Of a stretch of DNA of 26,913 nt, positions 22,792-26,913 are shown in pieces. The notes below the pieces were generated by a model, which saw nothing but the letters and a program-made list of their open reading frames with translations, was not told the DNA's origin and made no database searches. The DNA comes from Octopus sinensis (taxonomy: Eukaryota). A program made the position numbers and the translations under genes. Positions within the stretch are counted from its first letter, which is position 1, and each line of letters opens with the position of its first letter. The stretch is from positions 1-26,913 of the forward strand of contig NW_021835631.1 of assembly GCF_006345805.1 (NCBI RefSeq). Reading direction: 5' to 3'.

Positions 22792-25345
22792 GCGATTAGG
22801 CACAGCAAAGCACTAGCCATAGATAGAAATAGAGTAGAGGGTGAGCTAGTTAAGAAGCTAGAAGAGGCAATTAGAAGCGGCATCGCATCCGACGTTTTGG
22901 CGGCGAGGTTGGCCCTCGACCAACACTTCAACGCCAAACACGAAGGATGTGCTGTCAGAGCTAGGATGCGTGCTCTAAGGAACGAAGGTGTTGGAGCCGC
23001 GAGAGAGGCCCGGGTGGCAGAGGCGCAACAGGGCAAACAAAGCCACCATTCGGTCCCTGGTAGATGAACAGGGGCGCGAATTGCTCGAGCCAAGTAAAAT
23101 GTGTGAGGCCTTTCAGCAGCATTTTGCCCGACTGTTCGGAACGAGTGGAGGGCAAGAACGTAGGGTGGACTTCAGTGCCTACCTACATAGCCTACCACGA
23201 CTCTCGATAAGAAAGGCAGGGTGCTGCGAAGGTGCCATCACGGCGGCGGAAGTGCAGGAAGCGATGGCAGAATGCTCGAGGGACAAATCACCGGGTTTGG
23301 ATGGTCTACCCTACGAGCTTTACAATTGTATGCCAGACTTGTTTGGAGATCTCTTGGCGGCGGTGTACTGCAACTCGCAGCAAAACGGGAGCATTCCTGG
23401 TTTTGTGAGCCGAGGAGCCGTAACACTGCTGAAGAAAGATCTAAACAAGGGAAATGTAATAGATAACTTTAGGCCCATCACTCTGCTTAATGCAGACTTG
23501 AAAATTTTGGCCAAGTGGCTAGCCAAGAGGTTGGCGCTTGTCATCGAGAAACTGGTCGACAAGGCGCAAACATGCGCCGTGCCAGGCCGGACCATCCATG
23601 ACAACCTCCACCTGATGCGCTACATCATAGACAGAGTAGTTAACGAACCTGGCATGGGTGGGGCGCTGATCAATTTGGATCAATCGAAAGCTTTCGATAG
23701 GGTGGACCATCGATACTTGGAGGCGGTCCTCGGAGCGGCTGGCTTCGGTCCCGTCTTCCGCGGCTGGATAGCCGCCTTGTACAGAGGCATCCGTTCGGTA
23801 ATTCGCGTGAATGGACATCTATCGAGACCCTTCGACATCGCACGTTCGGTCCGTCAGGGATGCCCCCTCTCGTCGCTTCTATACGTATTGACTCTCGAGC
23901 CATTATTGCGGAAGCTGGCAACCTGAGAGGCACCCGCGAGAACTGGGATGCGGGACGAGCGTGTCTGCATATGCGGACGACGTCACCGTCATAGTGTCTA
24001 GCCACGAGCACATCGAGCCAGGTGGCGAGACACTGAAAAACTACGAAGCGGTGACAGAGCGAAAATCAACCGGAAAAGTCAGTGGGCTTGCGACTAGGCA
24101 CCTGGAGAAGCAAGCCCATGCCGTCCACCAGCGCCTCCGTCGTGGGACGCTGACCGACGGCCGGGTTGAGTTGCTCGGGGTCTGGTTTGGTCGGACCTCC
24201 AAGTGGAGAAGAACTGGAACGAGATAACGAGTAGGGGGGTCACTCTCGCCCGGCAATGGGCCGAGAGAAACTGTCCCTAAAGGTCGGGCGGAGGTGGCGG
24301 AACACGTACATCGCGTCCGTCATCTACTACCGCCTGACCGTCGTACCTTGTCCGACGACCCTACCATCACCAAACTACAACGCATTCTCTTTCGCTTCTT
24401 GTGGAAAGGATGCGTCCCGATGGTCAGGCGATCCATTTGCTGTCAACACCCTTTAAAAGGAGGGCTGGGCATGCTGTGGTTGATGATGCGCAGACACGCG
24501 CTGAGACTGCGACATCTCTGGCTCATGTAGACGACGGTGAACAGGTGGGTCGCCGTTTGTGAGGCACGCTTTCCCGCAGCTCGTCTCCATGACCGACTGC
24601 AGTCGTGGATCAAAAAGAGGCCGAGGAAGGGCGAATGGCACCGCGAGTGTCGCGTCGCCCTCAAGCAACTCTGCCGTCCTGGGTCGACTTTTGAGTGACT
24701 TCAACACAACCAAGCATTCTATAGGGGTTTAGTGGAGGGGAGGTACGACGACGAGCTCGGGGCGAACCTGGACGTCGACGAGGAGTACCTGACTCGCCTG
24801 TTCAGGACGACTTTCGGACCAGGGCCCATGGACAACTTCCAGAGATCCCTGGCCTGGCAGTGCTACCGAAAGCGCTACCCGTTGGGATAAGCTCTACAGA
24901 CACGGCTCGAGAAACACGGGGCCGACCTGCCGAGATGCGTCAGAGCGACGAAACCGTTTTCTGCACGCACTCGTGCAGTGTCCAACAATTTCCGACCTGT
25001 GGGCTTATGTCGAACAACTGCTGTCACGTGTGGGACGAGTCGGTTTATCACTGAGTCTATCGTCATATTGTCACGCCTCCTTCCTTCAAACGGGAAGGAA
25101 GAGCTATTTCATCATCCTTGTGGCTATGGCGAAAGAATGTATCTGGTGGACGCGTCTGAAAGAGGATTGAGACAAACACTTTCCTCTCGGTCAATCTTCT
25201 CATCAACTTCTTCAAGTACCACTTGAAAAGGAAAGTGAGAGTAGAGAGGCAAGTTTTGTCTAGCGAATGTTTTAAAAAAAGATGGGTGAATGTAGCAAGA
25301 ATGGCACGTATGAATGACGAAGCCACCTTGAGCATGATCCTATGA
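22792..25345 (+). pseudogene. LINE ORF2 remnant (endonuclease lost, multiple frameshifts)
   Basis: Open frame from the 5' junction (..EGCAVRAR..), RT motifs, YADD at 23970-23981, LLGVWFG, KGGLGM, frameshifted CPRC..ET.LHALVQCP at 24928-24984, stop at 25343-25345. Confidence 0.88.
22988..23926 (+). CDS. Reverse transcriptase domain fragment of LINE ORF2 (not a standalone gene)
   Basis: KSPGLDG, FRPITLLNADLKILAK, GRTIHDNL, NLDQSKAFDRV, VRQGCPLS..LYVL.LEPL. Confidence 0.8.
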   Translation: MLEPRERPGWQRRNRANKATIRSLVDEQGRELLEPSKMCEAFQQHFARLFGTSGGQERRVDFSAYLHSLPRLSIRKAGCCEGAITAAEVQEAMAECSRDKSPGLDGLPYELYNCMPDLFGDLLAAVYCNSQQNGSIPGFVSRGAVTLLKKDLNKGNVIDNFRPITLLNADLKILAKWLAKRLALVIEKLVDKAQTCAVPGRTIHDNLHLMRYIIDRVVNEPGMGGALINLDQSKAFDRVDHRYLEAVLGAAGFGPVFRGWIAALYRGIRSVIRVNGHLSRPFDIARSVRQGCPLSSLLYVLTLEPLLRKLAT

Positions 25346-25705
25346 ACCCAGAATTGAAACAGAGAGTTGCTTATTCGCAAAAAAAAAAAGAAATATAACA
25401 TGTGACTCCATTGACCGAGGTTACCGTGGTCTTTTCCGTAGGCTTTTCTTTCCACGGGTAACCTCACCTGTCCTCCCCTTTCCACTTCATATTGACATTT
25501 CTGTGATAACGATCCCTATTGATCAATTTTTTTTTTCCGCTCCCCCTTTTTTTTTAACCCCCCTTTTTTTTGTCCTCTTTCTCTCCTTTTACGATCCCTT
25601 TTGATCGAAACTCCCCCTTCCTTTTTTTTTTAAAACCTTCAAAAGAAAAGCTCTACCTTGTAATTTGTTCTATCTGTGTGCGCCCCTGTGTGGCTAATAA
25701 AGACA

Positions 25706-25762
<57 letters not shown>

Positions 25763-25821
25763 CTATCTATCTATCTATCTATCTACCACATCTACCTATC
25801 AATCTACCCTATTAGCTATCG

Positions 25822-25860
<39 letters not shown>
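25706..25860. repeat. (TATC)n tract, 3' flank of the LINE
   Basis: Directly visible. Confidence 0.96.
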
Positions 25861-26197
25861 GCCCTGTCTCTGATTTTCTCCTTGCCTCCCTCTCTGGAAA
25901 TTTTTCTGGTGTGTATACATACGTACATACATACTTACACGCATACATACATGCATAAATGCATTCATTCATATATACATACATACATACATATATACAT
26001 AGACACGCAACTATATGCATGGGAATACATATATAAAACAAAACATACAAATCTGTACATATACATACACCCAAAATACCCTGTTGATGTTGCTGAAATT
26101 CCAATGAAGGAGACTTGGATCCAGGTTAGAAACTGGCTCTTTCTCTATTGACAAGATATCTTCAATAAAACTGAATAATGACATACATAGATTCATT

Positions 26198-26402
26198 TAT
26201 ACATACATACATACACACATACATATATACATACATACATGCATACATACATACATACATACATACATACATACATACATCATACATACATCATACATAC
26301 ATACACACACACAACATATTATATATGTGTGGTGTGTGTGTGTGCGTGTGTGTGTGTGTGTGAAGATATATATATATATATATATACTATATATATATAT
26401 AT
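26198..26402. repeat. (TACA)n, (GT)n, (TA)n compound microsatellite
   Basis: Directly visible. Confidence 0.93.
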
Positions 26403-26442
26403 TTCGTCATGATAGATCGCTAGTCACTACACATTCTTTATT

Positions 26443-26596
26443 TTCTCTCTCCTTGTTTCTTTCTGTGTTCCTTTCTGTGGAAGAGCGTAGGCTCGAAACG
26501 TTAAAGACTTTTTCCCTTCCCGAGCGTTAAACTAATACATCTGTTTGTTGTCTACACCACCTGTCTTCGTAATTTGTTTTTTGGTGAATTCTTCCT
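26443..26596 (+). mobile_element. Second copy of the hammerhead-like short repeat abutting (TA)n
   Basis: CTTT-CTGTGGA-A-GAGC-GTAG-GCTC-GAA-ACGT-T-AAAG at 26471-26506; homologous to 11631-11783. Confidence 0.65.
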
Positions 26597-26913
26597 GTAT
26601 ATATATATATATATATATATTATATACGTGTGTGTGTGTGTATGTATATATATATATGTAAGGTAAGCAGAGTTAGCAGTTGAAGTAACCGACTAAGGGA
26701 TAATAGTATCTGTATTTATAATCGGTATCAATTACCTGTGCTATCCCTGGGCATGGTTATGCAGGTACGCTATGCTCAAAGGGTACAGGTAACAACAGAA
26801 TAAACAAAAGTTTATCAGGAATTTAAATAATCAGAAAATGGAGAATACTTTTGATCCACAAACAAACAAATTGAATCATATCGGGAGATTATGTCCATGT
26901 TCTATATTCAAAA

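Larger units (their letters stand above)
22791..25707 (+). mobile_element. 5'-truncated non-LTR retrotransposon, Tx1/L1 clade
   Basis: ORF2 linker, RT and C-terminal Cys/His region; pyrimidine-rich 3' UTR; AATAAA at 25696-25701; sharp junctions with (TATC)n on both sides. Confidence 0.92.

Overview
Repeat-dominated, AT-rich eukaryotic DNA (intronic or intergenic). I can support no intact host gene; most listed ORFs are microsatellite translations. The two recurring tRNA-derived SINE families look like octopus SINEs, so the source is probably a cephalopod (recognition, not searched). Main contents: a 5'-truncated Tx1/L1-clade LINE (22791-25707) inside a (TATC)n tract; a decayed Mutator (MULE) transposon (9251-10325); the 3' end of a probable Dong/R4 LINE inside (TAA)n (17070-17286); many SINE copies; two palindromic elements; a small TIR MITE; a near-perfect 446-bp tandem duplication; and three minimal hammerhead-like motifs beside (TA)n tracts. 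Best candidate for an undescribed system: the Tx1-like LINE shares its last ~50 nt with a long-tailed SINE subfamily. Two of the three copies of that SINE join another SINE body at the same internal site, suggesting a target-specific Tx1 LINE/SINE partnership. All alignments were done by eye.
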